Source: Phoronis australis (taxonomy: Eukaryota; Animalia; Phoronida). From it: DNA of 64,000 nt. Position 1 is the first letter of the stretch, and each line of letters opens with the position of its first letter. The notes under the pieces were generated by a model that ran no database searches, was not told the DNA's origin, and saw only the letters and a list, made by a program, of their open reading frames with translations. The stretch spans positions 423,275-487,274 of the forward strand of contig NMRA01000074.1 of NCBI GenBank assembly GCA_002633005.1, written 5' to 3'. Shown here piece by piece: positions 24,401-37,723 of the stretch. The position numbers and the translations under genes are program-made.

Positions 24401-27400
24401 GGTAATTTACAAAACAAGAACGAAATGTAATTTTATGTTTGCTAATAAAAACCGATTTCTCTGTTTTTGAAAACGGAAAATCAGGGTGCCTCTACATATA
24501 GTCAAGTGCTGGTGTTTAGCCCCAGCACAAACACAGACTTACCGGACACTGGGAATGCAGACAAGAACTATGTATGTCACAATGAAAACGCCACTACAAG
24601 AAAACAAAATGGAAAAGAAATTCAGTAGGGTGAACCAGCCTCGACAACAAATGAATCCAAAAACTTTGCAGACTACAAAGTATGGGAAAACGGAAAAGCA
24701 GTTCTGAGTTTTGTTAACAAGTTCTCTATCACCCAACAAGTTTGACACGGACAAAAAACAATCGGTGGATTCTTAAGAACCATTCACAATTATCAGTATT
24801 TCAAAGAAAATTTGTTTGGCACTTTTTCACAGCAAGTAAAGCCAGAAACAACTGGTGGGAAGAAGATGGCTCTTATTGTTGTTAGTTGTTTCGCCATGTT
24901 TTTAAAACATTGAATTTCGTTTTAACACATATGTCGCTATATTAACACAAACATAAAAGCATATGATAGTACCAAACCCAAGAAGTGTAAGCTTAGAACA
25001 CTGACGTGAAAATGGCAATGATTGTAAATTTTTTAACCAAACATGACAACAGGCTATGCTGCAATTTAGGTAAAATCTCCCCAAATTTGGACCAAATTAA
25101 TTACCAAAAATAGCCATTCTTCAAAGGCTTCTGGGATTGTTGTGAATTTCTGCAATTTTTGGAAATATTGTCTGGTGGTAGCTAAGGTGCAAACCATGAA
25201 CGGGTAAAATCCCTTGTCTACTTTATACCTACATATCTTCATGGAACACATCATTCCACTTGTCCACCATATTGTGACCTAAATTAATGTGAAACTTTAC
25301 AGCTGTAATCTGCATGGCTTGACTTAGGAAACTAAGAAAAGGCAACAAGCTCAACTTACTAAGACACATAGTAAAACCAGGTACCCGGTCCTTGAATCCA
25401 TCGGTAAACAGGCTCCCTGAAAAAACCCACTTTTTAATTATTTAGTTTTCATTTGCATGTATAAATACATAGAATGGCATTACAACCCATAAATCGATTT
25501 AACAATTTTATATCAAGGCAAGTTAATTTTGGTCTTTTGCTTATTAAAAATCTGAACACACAACGGTGATCATGACAAGTATAAAGAAAATTTTTGAGAA
25601 ATCTCATTTCACATGAGGTTGCATTTAAGGTTAATATTTCAATAAACCTTAAACCTTTAGAACCTTCAAAAATTCCAAGTAAACCTTTGAGTGAGTCATC
25701 ATATAAGCCAATACAGTAACTGCGGAATGATGTAAAGACATAGTTCACGGGTGGCAGCTAACATTTTATTGCCATGTAAAAGTAGAGCACTAAGTACTTA
25801 CACCATTGTGAATGCGGCGATGATACCAAACGTCACCAGAAGTTGTAGCATCAGAATCAGAAACACCTACAGAAAGAACAACATTAGTATCACTTGGTAA
25901 ACCCAGTCACTTGTTTAGTTGCCCCCTAACAACAGAAAACAAATTAAGCCACCACCTACACTCATAAGATCAGTCTAATATTCTTTACCATGATACTAAC
26001 TCTGTTCCTAACCAGGATAACTCCATTTCCATGAAAACCAAGAACATTAAAAACATCAGCAACTCAAGGAAACGCTTCAGGTTTTATTGGAGTTAGCCAA
26101 TCCTCAAATTGCGAATTCGAAAATGAAAGATATATGCACTGCCTGTGATTTGAGTTGCTGCCTGAATTGGCAACAATTCAAAATCTATCGAATGTGGTAA
26201 TGTTTTAAACCCTGAGATGCTTCGGTTGAGAATTTAACATGGACCTTCAGATGGGAAGGACAGACCTTCAGATGGGAAGGACAGACCTTCAGATGGGAAG
26301 GACAGACCTTCAGATGGGAAGGACAGACCTTCAGATGGGAAGGACAGACCTTCAGATGGGAAGGACAGACCTTCAGATGTGGACAGACCTTCAGATGGGA
26401 AGGACAGACCTTCAGATGGGAAGGACAGACCTTCATATGTGAAGGACAGACCTTCAGATGCGAAGGACAGACGTTCAGATGGAAAGGACAGAGCTACAGA
26501 TGAGGTTGGACCTTTCAAGCGGGAGAGATGGACCTTTACATGGACAGACTGGACCTTCAACTGGGAACGACAGGCTCAAAACATTTGAAGGATGAAAAAC
26601 AAATGGGACAGACAAGGTTATGACGGGAAGGATGGATCATTTTTCCATATGGAGATCTCAGTTTTGTGGATACTTTTCTTAATGCACAAACACCTGTAAT
26701 GAGTAAAGAAGAGTTTGTATGAACTGAGTTAAGAGTGATGAGAAAAGAACTACAGCTTATGATAAAACAGAATGTTAATGAGAGAGGGACGCTGTTAATG
26801 AGACAGTCTGTGAGGCAAGTCAGAAAGAATATTGTCTACAATGAGTATGTATGGAAAAAAGAAGAATATCGCAAAACAGAACCAATACTTACCTTGCGTA
26901 TGAAACCACGGCGTATGGCCTTATTGGAAAAAGAGCCAGTATCCCACACCACCGGCTCATCTGAGTCATCAACCCTTGATGATGGACTGGCATTTGCCCA
27001 ATCAGAAGTCGGCTGAGAGGTCATGCCATATGTGTTGGTCTCCTGGGGAGGCGGGGCATATCCTGGCATTGCTGCAATGGAGAAAAACATTTTAGTAGCA
27101 GCCAGTCAATCATGTAAAGATCCCTTTACAGCCAAATGTTCAGATTTCTGAAGTAAATTTACTCGCAAGTCATTAACACGGCACATTTTGGACAAATAAA
27201 CAAGGTCTCAAAGTCATGTTTTATTTAACAGAAAATGTATTCTTTTATGATTTAACAAAACCATTAAAATTTCACCTTTTTTAACATTTCAACAATCCAA
27301 ATTTTTGTGATTACCTTTGATTAAACATTTTTCATGTAATAATTTCAAGTAATGTATTGCTCTCAAAGGGCCCTCGCTCTTCTGAGGGGAAAGGTGGCTG

Positions 27401-30400
27401 TGCCTTCCAAGGGTATTGTTTTGGTAGATGCAAAAAATTCCATACCCCGGTCACTATCAATTCTAAATTCAAGGCATCGAGGGCCCTATTTCAAATCAAA
27501 GATATTGCATTTTTTCCTTAGGCTCAAGTAAAAGTAAACTTTTTCAAGCACTGCATTGTTGCAACCAGCATCTGATTACATTTTTAAGGTACAAGTGCAG
27601 TTTGGTCTTAATAAAAACAAACATGTCACAACGTTTATAAATAAAACAGCTATTTGAGTTGTGTTTGAGAGTCGCAAATACACATCATCAGGAAAACATT
27701 GGTCAACTGGTGAACAAGACCCAACAGTGAGTTAAATGAACGCCTACAAGGTAACGATGACAAAATTCACAAGATCTGTGATAGATTGCTTTTATCGCAT
27801 TAACAACATTTGGGGTGGATTTGATACAATACGAAAATGAATTTGCAAAAAAGGTTACCGATAGAACTCATGAACAAACTGAGAGCGAGGTTATGAAACC
27901 CTGACAGATACGAATAACTGTAACTACAGTTAAAAATTCCCAAATTTAAGACAGTCTCCCGAATTTCGGACACCCAGATCCAACCCCAAACTGATTTTTT
28001 TCATTCTGAAATTTTGAACACAGTCGAATTTGGCATTCACCATATTTCTCAAATTTCGGACATGTCAATTTTAGTGACATTGACCGTTTTTCTCACATTT
28101 TTTACAGTGCGGTTTTCCGCATAATCGGGGACTGAATGTAAATCTGGAAGTTCATCAAGCAACGGTGATTATTTACACATCGTTTAAAACTGCCACCGGT
28201 GTAATGTATTGACTGATGTCGCAGTCTATATTCAACAATGTGGATGGTTTGTGTATATCTCAAAATATTTATTTTTTCACTGTCCTAAATTTGGGAATTT
28301 TTTACCATAACAATGTTGGCTTCTTTGACAAAATTATTCAGCGTAGAATTGACGAACATGTGAAGCATTATTGTACACATCTGCGACTGTCTAAAATTAT
28401 CTTATATAAAAAGCATTAAAGATGTAACACCTTTTGGTCTTAATCCAGGGGGTACTTGTATGGGCTGGTTATGGTTTTAGCTATCGGTGAAACTACTGGC
28501 TTTCTTAAGGCCAGCCTAAAGAACATTTTGGTACCTACACAACGATTCTCAATAATCCCTTGCAGGGATTCAGCCATTGCAATACTGAATGCACACTCAC
28601 TGTAAATGCTTCAGTGTACTTGATTAAGGCTGCAACAACANAGGATGAATAACAAATGGGACAGACAAGGTTATGACGGGAGGGATGGATCATTTTTCCA
28701 TATGGAGATCTCAGTTTTCTGGATACTTTTCTTAATGCACACACACTTGTCGATAAGATCCTCTTAATTAGTAAAGAAGAGTTTGTATGAACTGAGTTAA
28801 GGTTGATGAGAAAAGAACTAAAGCTTATGATAAAACAGAATGTAAATGAGAGAAGGACGCTGTTAATGAGACAGTCTGTGAGGCCAGTCAGAAAGAATTT
28901 TGTCTACAATGAGTATGTATGGAAAAAAGAAGAATATCACAAAAGAGAACCAATACTTACCTTGCGTATGAAACCCCGGCGTATGGCCTTATTGGAAAAA
29001 GAGCCAGTATCCCACACCACTGGCTCATCTGAGTCATCAACCCTTGATGATGGACTGGCATTTGCCCAATCAGAAGTCGGCTGAGAGGTCATGCCATATG
29101 TGTTGGTCTCCTGGGGAGGCGGGGCATATCCTGGCATTGCTGCAATGGAGAAAAACACTTTAGTAGCAGCCAGTCAATCATGTAAAGATCCCTTTACTGT
29201 CAAATGTTTGAATTTCTGAAGTAAATTTACTCGCAAGTCATTAACACAGCACATTTCGGACAAATAAACAATGTCTCAAAATCGTGTTTTATCTAACAGA
29301 AAATGTATTCTTCTATGATTTAACAAAACCATATAAATTTCACCTTTTTTAACATTTCAACATTCCACATTTTTGTGATTACCTTTGATTAAACATTTTT
29401 CATGTAATAATTTCAAGTAAAGTATTGCTCTCAAAGGGCCCTCGCTCTTCTGAGGGGAAAGGTGGCTGTATTGTTTTGGTAGATGCAAAAAAATTCCATA
29501 CCCCGGTCACCATGAATTCTAAATTCAAGACATCGAGGGCCCTATTTCAAATCAAAGATATTGCATTTTTTCCTTAGGCTCAAGTAAAAGTAAACTTTTT
29601 CAAGCACTGCGTTGTTGCAACCAGCATCTGATTACATTTTTAAGCTACAAGTGCATATTGGTCTTAGTAAAAACTAACATGTCACAACATTTATAAATAA
29701 AACAGCTATTTGAGTTGTGTTTGAAAGTCCCAAATACACATCATCAGGAAAACATTGGTAAACTGGTGAACAAGACCCAAACAGTGAGTTAAATGAACGC
29801 CTACAAGGTAACATCATAGACGACAAAATTCACAAGATCTGTGATAGATCGCTTTTATCGCATTAACAACATTTGGGGTGGACTTGATACAATACGAAAA
29901 TGAATTTGCAAAAAAAGGTTACCGATAGAACTCATGAACAAACTGAGAGCAAAGTTATGAAACCCTGACAGATACGAATAACTGTAACTACAGTTAAAAA
30001 TTCCCAAAATTAACACAGTCTCCCGAATTTCGGACACCCAGATCCAACCCCAAACTGATTTTTTCATTCTGAAATTTTGAACACAGTCGAATTTGGCATT
30101 CACCATATTTCTCAAATTTCGAACATGTCGATTTTAGTGACATTGACCGTTTTCTCACATTTTTGACAGTGCAGTTTTCCGCATAATCGGGGACTGAATG
30201 TAAATCTGGAAGTTCATCAAGCAACGGTGATTATTTACACATCGTTTAAAACTGCCACCGGTGTAATGTATTGACTGATGTCGCAGTCTATATTCATCAA
30301 TGTGGATGGTTTGTGTATATCTAAAAAAAATTTATTTTTTCACTGTCCTAAATTTGGGAATTTTTTACCATAACAATGTTGGCTTCTTTGACAAAATTAT

Positions 30401-33400
30401 TCAGCGTAGAATTGACGAACATGTGAAGCATTATTGTACACATCTGCGACTGTCTAAAATTATCTTATATAAAAAGCATTAAAGATGTAACACCTTTTGG
30501 TCTTAATCCAGGGGGTACTTGTATGGGCTGGTTATGGTTTTAGCTATCGGTGAAACTACTGGCTTTCTTAAGGCCAGCCTAAAGAACATTTTGGTACCTA
30601 CACAACGTTTCTCAATAATCCCTTGCAGGGATTCAGCCATTGCAATACTGAATGCACACTCACTGTAAATGCTTCAGTGTACTTGATTAAGGCTGCAACA
30701 ACACCGTAGCTTATAATTCTGGAGTCACTGGTTCAAGTCTGACTTGAACAAACAGATCACTCACAGCAAGGTATTGACAATGTTACTGTGCAGCTGTGGG
30801 TCCAGCTCACAGTTTGGGCCTTGTTCATTACATGGCCAATGTTCATAAATGTTTTTCTGATAATGATGTGTGTGTGTGTGTGTGAACATCGAAACTAGTC
30901 AAAACTAATAAATGTACATAAACTTAGCAAGGATTACAAAATTAATGTAAAATTCAAAAACTTCTCATGCACTCGTACCATTATCCTCGTCCATAAATCC
31001 CAACACCATCCACAAAAAATGTTATGAGACAAAAATAATTAAGACAAAATTTGTACAGATTAAATAACGCAGCATGCTTTCAATGTATTGATCAGAGCAA
31101 ACACAAACCTTTGGAGTTCTACATTGAGAGCTAAAACGGAGGGAGGTTCCACAGGACATTTGCGTATAAGCCCATGAGTTTCTTTTGCGTATGCATAAGC
31201 CCACCACCAAAATGTAAATCCTGGCCCACGCTGGTGAATATAAACGCAAGCTGTCTAGATACAATTGTTTTCCGAGGTGAATTTGTATTAGCTAACCCTT
31301 TAGGAACCACAGAATGTTGTGAACAAGCAAAATCAAACAAAATCATTCGAGTGATAGTCGGGTACTTCATGAATATAATCAGCACCTTAATAGAAAGCGT
31401 ACCCTATGAAAATGGCATTCATGGAAGTTGCTGGTTGATCTCAGTCAGGTTGGAATGTTGGAGTTGAATTATAGTATAGAATTCAAGGTTTTTGATTCGC
31501 AAGTACAGATTTCTTGCCAGAATTGCTCAGTGTCATAGGCCTAAGAACACAGTCAAGAGGAGACATATACAGGCAGCTTGATTTGATGCGAACTTTGAGC
31601 TTATACGCAGTAGACCAGCTTTTTATGGGAAAGCTGAAAGGGTAAGATTCAACTACATCAGTGCTACTAAACATCTGGGTGTTGTTCACAAGCCAGTTAG
31701 GGCTAGATAGATAGGGATCACTCTGATAGGTAGCTTTCAACTTGAAATGAAATTTACCAGAAAGTGCAGAAGGCACTGCATAGAGGACCACATAACAAGA
31801 AACTGAGGCATGCGTAAAGATCACTATACAAGCGGGACTGAACATTTATTATTTGGCACTGTTGCAGTTAAGTGCTAGGTAAGGTGGCTACCTATTTATC
31901 AGTCTGGGACTGGTTAGAAGGACAACAGCGGGCTGGAGAACGTGATCATCCCAAGTCATACCCCACGTGCCATGCGGTACTCTTAAATGGAAGGAGCATA
32001 GGTGCACCTTTACTAATGGAGACTGGGTTTAGCTATACATTTCCCACGCCAGCGTTCAAGTTCGCAATGATTGCATAATCCGAAGTTACTGCCAAGTACC
32101 CTGATGAAGAGTCCAGGAAACTCGAAAGTTCGATTCTTCAACCAAACCCAGACTGGTGAATACTAAGTAACCAACAGTGTACTATAGATACAAGCCACGT
32201 TAGTATAACGATGGATGGTAATGAAGGCTACAACTGATGATGCAACAAACAATATTTCTCAGGGCATGAGCACCTAACATTACCATCCCCAGTACACAGT
32301 TAAGTGCTTACAATTACTGCAGGAGATGTCTGTATTGTCTAACACACAAAATAACAAGACTTACATTAAGACTTTAGGAAAGCCCAAAATGTTCCTTTAA
32401 AGGCACAATAAACAATCGAGAAAAACTTTTGATTTACAGCACTTGACGTTATAAAATCAGTCTGATCTTACTCAGATTAGAAATGACTTTTGGGTTTACA
32501 TGTTATAATTGTTTCAAACGAATAACAATAGGTAGATTGCTTATCACAGCAGATTTTAGTTTCTGATGTCAAAGCAGTGTAATTGGGTACTCCAGGCATT
32601 TTATTGTCAAAATAATGCATAAAACCTCATGCTTGTGAAAAATGCCAACTACAGATAAGCTACTAGCCCTGCTGCGCTAGTATATTATGGTTTATGTACA
32701 CCGATGTCTGGTCCAAGCTTGCAACTGATGGCCCCCATATTCATGCAACAAACTAGTATTAGAAAGTTTCCCATGTAAGCCATTATGTACTTGAGCATAG
32801 AATTAGGAGACACTAAATTAAAGCACACCAGAAAATGACAAAAAATTGAGTTCTATTCTTAGTAAAAAGGCTAGACCCAAAGCCCAGGATAAAGTTTATA
32901 ATTGGCATTAAGTCCATTTCCACTACTAACAAAAAAATAATTCTCACTGCAAAATTTACGTATACATTCATACTAAGGGGAGCTTTTTAAGTTTTAATTA
33001 AAAACTTCATGCATTATGACTATGTACAAAAAGTCTTTGGAATGATTCACTGAACTGGTGCTAAAAGTAAACATTTCCTAATTTGCTTAAAAACTTGCTG
33101 CTGTGAGGAGTCAAAATAAGGGGCATACTACAGAGAGTTACATCTGCCTTGACCAGACAATAAACGTAAGATCAGTGTGCAATGCATGTAAACCATTCCA
33201 TTACTTCACTAACATAGTCAGTCAAAATTAGAGTTGATCTTTATATCCAGTTTATCGGAAGTTTGTGACAACTTTCATTTTTGATTTGTACCCAGTGCCA
33301 CAGCCAATCAAATTTCCTGGAGATGCATTGTGAAGATTGGTCATTCCACCTGGTGAGCATTTTTCAAACAGTCCAAAACAGTTTAGCTTAATGAACCAAT

Positions 33401-35634
33401 AGACATTTATAGCAATGTCATTGGAAACCAGCCATGATTATGCATATCTTAATAACCCAAGTCAATAACAGGCTATGATGTGAAAGTTGTCAATTTGTCA
33501 TTATAAGTACCAGCATTGTCTTTCCCAATTACAAAAGATGTTTTTCAAATGCAACATCTTCTTTGCAATTACACGCACACAACCACATCAATATCTAAGT
33601 CAACACTGATATTTATTACTTCTGGCGGAGACACAAGTAAAGACATGAGCAAATGAACTCAGAACTGGTGTGCACTCATTTAGAAAAAGAAAGCGTTAGG
33701 AGCAAAAAAACTGAAACCGAAAGCACAACCTAGTTGGACTAGAGTAAACGAAATTACCGATTCATGAATTCCCCAACCGTCACTGTGCGCAAGTGGAATT
33801 CCCCATCAAAATGACAATCGACTCATAATGATGAGGAAACTGAGATTTGTCTGGCCTATACTGTATTAAACCATTGGGAAACCCCAACTCTCCATAAACT
33901 GGTATTACACAACACACCCAGTTGCCAACTAAACACGTTGACCTTCTATTATATCAAAATCAATATCCTGCAAGTGGTTGTATGGGACATGGCACCCGTT
34001 CTGAATCACAATTCCAATTATTCGCCAGATTGATAATAACACCACTAGCCAAGCTGAAGTCCATGAGACACAGACTCAGCATCGCTAACTCAAGTAAGCA
34101 AACTTCAGTATCTGACTCAATTTTTCTGTATTAGTATGAGTTACATTCTAAGTGAGTCTCGTGTTGTAGAGAGGACCAGACTGGGCAAACACTTCGCACC
34201 TACAATATTTGGATGAAAAAATCAATGAGAACAGACAGGATCAATAGAAATTATTGACAAACTTACACAGCAAGAAAAAGCAAATCTTGTTCAATGAGTT
34301 GCAATCCACAACTTATTTTGCAACAGCACAAATTTTAGTCACGGGCTCAAAAATACATACTGATTCTAACTGTGTTGGAATTTGTACTTTCATGTCAACA
34401 GAAACCCCTGGTCTGTTCTAGTGACAAGCTTTGATCAGAGCTCTGGGTTTATCCAATAAATCAATAGTAGATTTGATTAAATGAGTTGAACAAAAACGAA
34501 CAGAACGAAGAAATCACTGAGATGTCTAAATTCAATTTCAGCATTTCAGAGGTATCAGACATTTCTGCATGCGAAAAGTCACCAAATCATGTCACGTGAA
34601 CTTCTAACAATTTTACAGCTTCATTATCTACAGCACGACATTCCTCAATTAAGTGAAAAATACAGCTGAAAAGATTACGTCATCAAACTTAAGCAGCATT
34701 AAGTACAACTGCTTCTCACTCGCCTAAGTTTTCTTTTTCTAAAAGCTTTCCATTACTTTCCAGGACCCAATATTCTTTCATTCCGCAAGTTATTTTCCCC
34801 ATCAGACAGCAGGCATATAAAGTAATTTTTCTAAAGGACTGTTGCCACGTAAGGATAACTGAATACATGAACATTTGATGTGACTCCCAAAACGAGGGTT
34901 TTTATACTCAAGTCACATTTTCCAAGAGACCAGTGCGATTTTTTGCTCTTTTTTAATTTCCCATGACTTTCTGAACACAGAAACTACTGTCCAGTAGTTT
35001 TGGAAAAATAAACAAGACAGACTGAACACTTTGTCTGACTTTTTCTAACTTGCACGAACTTCTCAATAGAATAATTAAGCAGTTAGTTCAAACTTAGTTC
35101 GAATTGAATAACATTCTTGAGTTTAATGCAACATTGTGCCTAGTTGCTATTTGTTTATTTGTGAAGGTGTAAAGTAAAATGCCCGAATTCTGACAAAGTC
35201 CACAGAACAACGTCGGCCAATGTTTTGTTGAGATTTAGCCAGGCATAAAATGACTTCTACTCAAAAATGGATAATTAGTTGCAGTTTTGTGCATCAAAAT
35301 TTCGTCAAATTTCTCACTTGCCTAGTTTATTACCTAATCTGCTACATTATGGTCATTTTACAGGTTTTCAATGAGTTGGAGCCAAGTACCAATAAGAAAG
35401 AGTTAATGGTGAAAAAGCCAGTGCCAAAATACCAGATGCAGCTGAGGAAAAACCTTGATATCCTTGGTTGGCAATGCCAGAGTCCTGTGGAGCCACATAA
35501 GTAGCCGGCTGAGGATATCCCTGCTGACCATAACCAGCGGGCTGCCCGTAACTCGTCGGCTGTCCCATGCCGTATTTCTGATCTCCCATGGCATCTGAGT
35601 ACGAGGGAGGAGGAGGAGCAGATGGCTGTGACAT
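18419..35634 (-). CDS. Protein lifeguard / TMBIM (Bax inhibitor-1 family; GRINA/FAIM2-like), ~341 aa, 11 coding exons
   Basis: All introns are GT-AG and phase-consistent. Exons: 35433-35634, 26893-27071 (or its duplicate 28961-29139), 25802-25866, 25360-25416, 24543-24593, 22774-22813, 21686-21723, 20877-20964, 20396-20503, 19500-19547, 18419-18568; total 1026 nt. The protein has a Pro/Tyr/Gly/Gln-rich N-terminus (APPPPSY), FSNKAIRRGFIRKVFLILMLQL, RRSFPGN, QTKIDFT and FLCYDIQMLMGGRKYELSPEEYIFAAVQIYLDVV, including the two conserved TMBIM aspartates. The acceptor of the ATG exon is at 35654-35655; a possible non-coding exon 1 donor lies near 36900. Confidence 0.95.
22418..22514. repeat. 22-bp tandem repeat (TACCACGCACTGAAAGATCTTT) x~4.4, intronic
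   Basis: Directly visible, head-to-tail with no spacers. Confidence 0.9.
26241..26492. repeat. 21-bp minisatellite (GGACAGACCTTCAGATGGGAA) x~12, intronic
   Basis: Directly visible tandem array that degenerates towards about 26575. It explains the repetitive ORFs in the track. Confidence 0.95.
26589..30703. repeat. ~2.05-kb tandem duplication around the N at 28641 (26589-28640 vs 28642-30703), including lifeguard coding exon 2
   Basis: The copies abut the N exactly and differ by scattered SNPs and small indels. The duplicated exon differs only at two synonymous sites. Confidence 0.9.
31050..31850 (-). mobile_element. Possible highly degraded LINE (CR1/L2-type) ORF2 C-terminal remnant
   Basis: Broken frames include 'LYANVLWNLPP', reminiscent of the '(Y/F)..A.LWN.LP' motif after the RT domain. 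Otherwise weak. Confidence 0.35.
31893..32162 (+). mobile_element. Short Penelope-like insertion with inverted terminal duplication and degenerate hammerhead-like core
   Basis: TATTTATCAGTCTGGGACTGGTTAGAAG at the left end is the inverse of CTTCAACCAAACCCAGACTGGTGAATA at the right end. CTGATGA-AGAGT-CCAGGAA-ACTC-GAAA lies at 32101-32127. Confidence 0.55.
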
Positions 35635-36173
35635 GATGATCTAGACCTCTCAACTGGAATAGAAATTTAACATAATTTTAAACAAAGACATATACACAGA
35701 TTTAACGATGACAGGAAAACCAAAAAATTTAGATTTTTTGTTTTTGACCAGCTAATGCCTACTAGACAAGCCAGCATATGGACAAGCAGTAACTAGATTC
35801 ACGGTCAGAGTTGAAATATTATTTCAGAGGATCAGCCTATCAGGCAAGCTGACATTCCATACTCCAACATAATAAAATCACGCCATTGTTGAAAAAAGCC
35901 ATAAAATCTGAAATTGGTAAAGTTAATGTATTAGGAGAGATTCATGTAATTTGAAAATAATGATTTTGCACCTTGAAGTCAAATTCCATGAATTAAGACA
36001 GCTCAACTCAATCCAGTTTTATCCCCTGGGTAATTAATGCGAAGGACCAGCTCACACCATATCGCCAGTGTAAAAAAGTTATTGAGAGACTTGGTCACAT
36101 CTGTCGCCGAAATAGTCTTCGATAGTCATCGCTGACATAGTCACTTGCAGATGACAAACGGCAGCACCTACAC

Positions 36174-36846
36174 CACAGGCGTCCTCAGCTTCTGATCGTC
36201 CCCAATACACTACATATAATACTACAAGGTATAACAATCCCGACTAGAAATTCCACGGGTGCTTCACTTCAGCCCTCCATAGCTAACATAAAACTCAATA
36301 AATTTACACAAAACAAGGTCTCAACAAACCATTGGCAATTGTTCTTTCTTCCAATACCATACACGGTGTCCTGTTCCGGCGACATCGTAAGAATTTCGCA
36401 GTCAAAGAACAAAAATGTTCACAAAAAGCCCAAACACACTTCCCTCTTGGACGGCTCGAGGTCAAGGATGTTACGGACATTACCGATGAATTACCGATGG
36501 ACAGCGTTATCGACATTGTGACTTTACGCAACAAACTGGCAATTTCCATACCGTCCTTGACCTCCAGCCATCCAAGATGGACGTGTATTTGGGCTTTTTG
36601 TCTACATTTTTGTTCTTTGACTGCGAATTTCTTACGAAGCCGCCAGAACAGGACACCGTGAATGATATTGGAAGAAAGAACAATTGCCAATGGCTTGTTG
36701 AAACCTTGTTTTGTGTAAATTTATTGAGTTTTATGTTAGCTATGGAGGGCTGAAGTGAAGCACCCGTGGAATATAGTCGGGAGTGTCATACCTTGTAGTA
36801 TTATATGTAGTGTACTGGGGACGATCAGAAGCTGAGGACGCCTGTG
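36174..36846. mobile_element. 673-bp foldback (long-TIR) non-autonomous DNA transposon with 8-bp TSD ACCTACAC
   Basis: Arms of about 307 bp (36174-36481 and 36541-36846) begin CACAGGCGTCCTCAGC and are separated by a ~59-nt spacer. ACCTACAC occurs at 36166-36173 and 36847-36854. Confidence 0.92.
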
Positions 36847-37723
36847 ACCTACACGAGATTTTACTATGAAATCACCATTATCAAGAGAGCTGACCCTCAC
36901 ACAGTTGAACATTTCGTTGAGGTAAAAGAGTGATTTCAGGCCGGGGGAGTGACGAACATGAAATGGAACATTCGATTGCTACTTTTTGGACTCGGAATCG
37001 AACTGGCGAGCGGCTAGCGCTAGCCCAGCTGTTATCTCATCTCAACTCATCTAGGCGTTGTCCATCCACTGCAGGATGTAGCTCTCCGACAATGCCTTCC
37101 AACTTGTTCTGTCTCTTATGTTAGTTCTAAACATCTGGACTCTGGTGCCGACTTGGCAGCCTTGGCAAAACGGCAACGAAGCCAAAGGCGGAAGCAAACA
37201 AGTCACGCATTGTTCCACGGGAAAATACACTCAATGTCTGCATCTGCGTACTCAGACAGTATATAATAGTTCATGGCAGTTTTTGAAAGGTCATAACTTA
37301 CCCAAAACAACACCGTTAAACAGCTGCTTGTTATGTTACTAACGCGCCTTATACAATGTAAAAATTTTCACTGACAAGTGCCCCCTGTCACATGACATTG
37401 ATGACATTTAGAAAATGTTTATTTTTTCAGATAAATTTCGTGTTTATGTCAAAGGAAATTTGACTTTGCCAAGAATGTGATAATTTCGTATACTGCGCAA
37501 CATTCTAAGGAATTTCAACCTAAAATTAAGAAAACGTACTATTTCGGTATTTACCCATACAATTATATTCAATATGGCCGCGCCCATGGTAAAACTTTCC
37601 CCATCTGTTTCACATGTATTTTTCATGTATCTCGTGGTATTATGTCTTTACGTAGGCCCATGCTTTTGTGGTTTGGATAGAAACTATCAAGAGTAGATAA
37701 GTGGAAGTGGAAACTGTAATGTT

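Noticed and set aside
26185-26588. Four repetitive ORFs (KVCPSHL, SEGLSFP, MGRTDLQ, DRPSDGK)
   Set aside because: All are frames of the stop-free 21-bp minisatellite within a lifeguard intron.
36304-36690. Pair of similar ORFs on opposite strands (MAIVLSSN...)
   Set aside because: They are mirror images produced by the foldback element's inverted arms, with no transposase motif.
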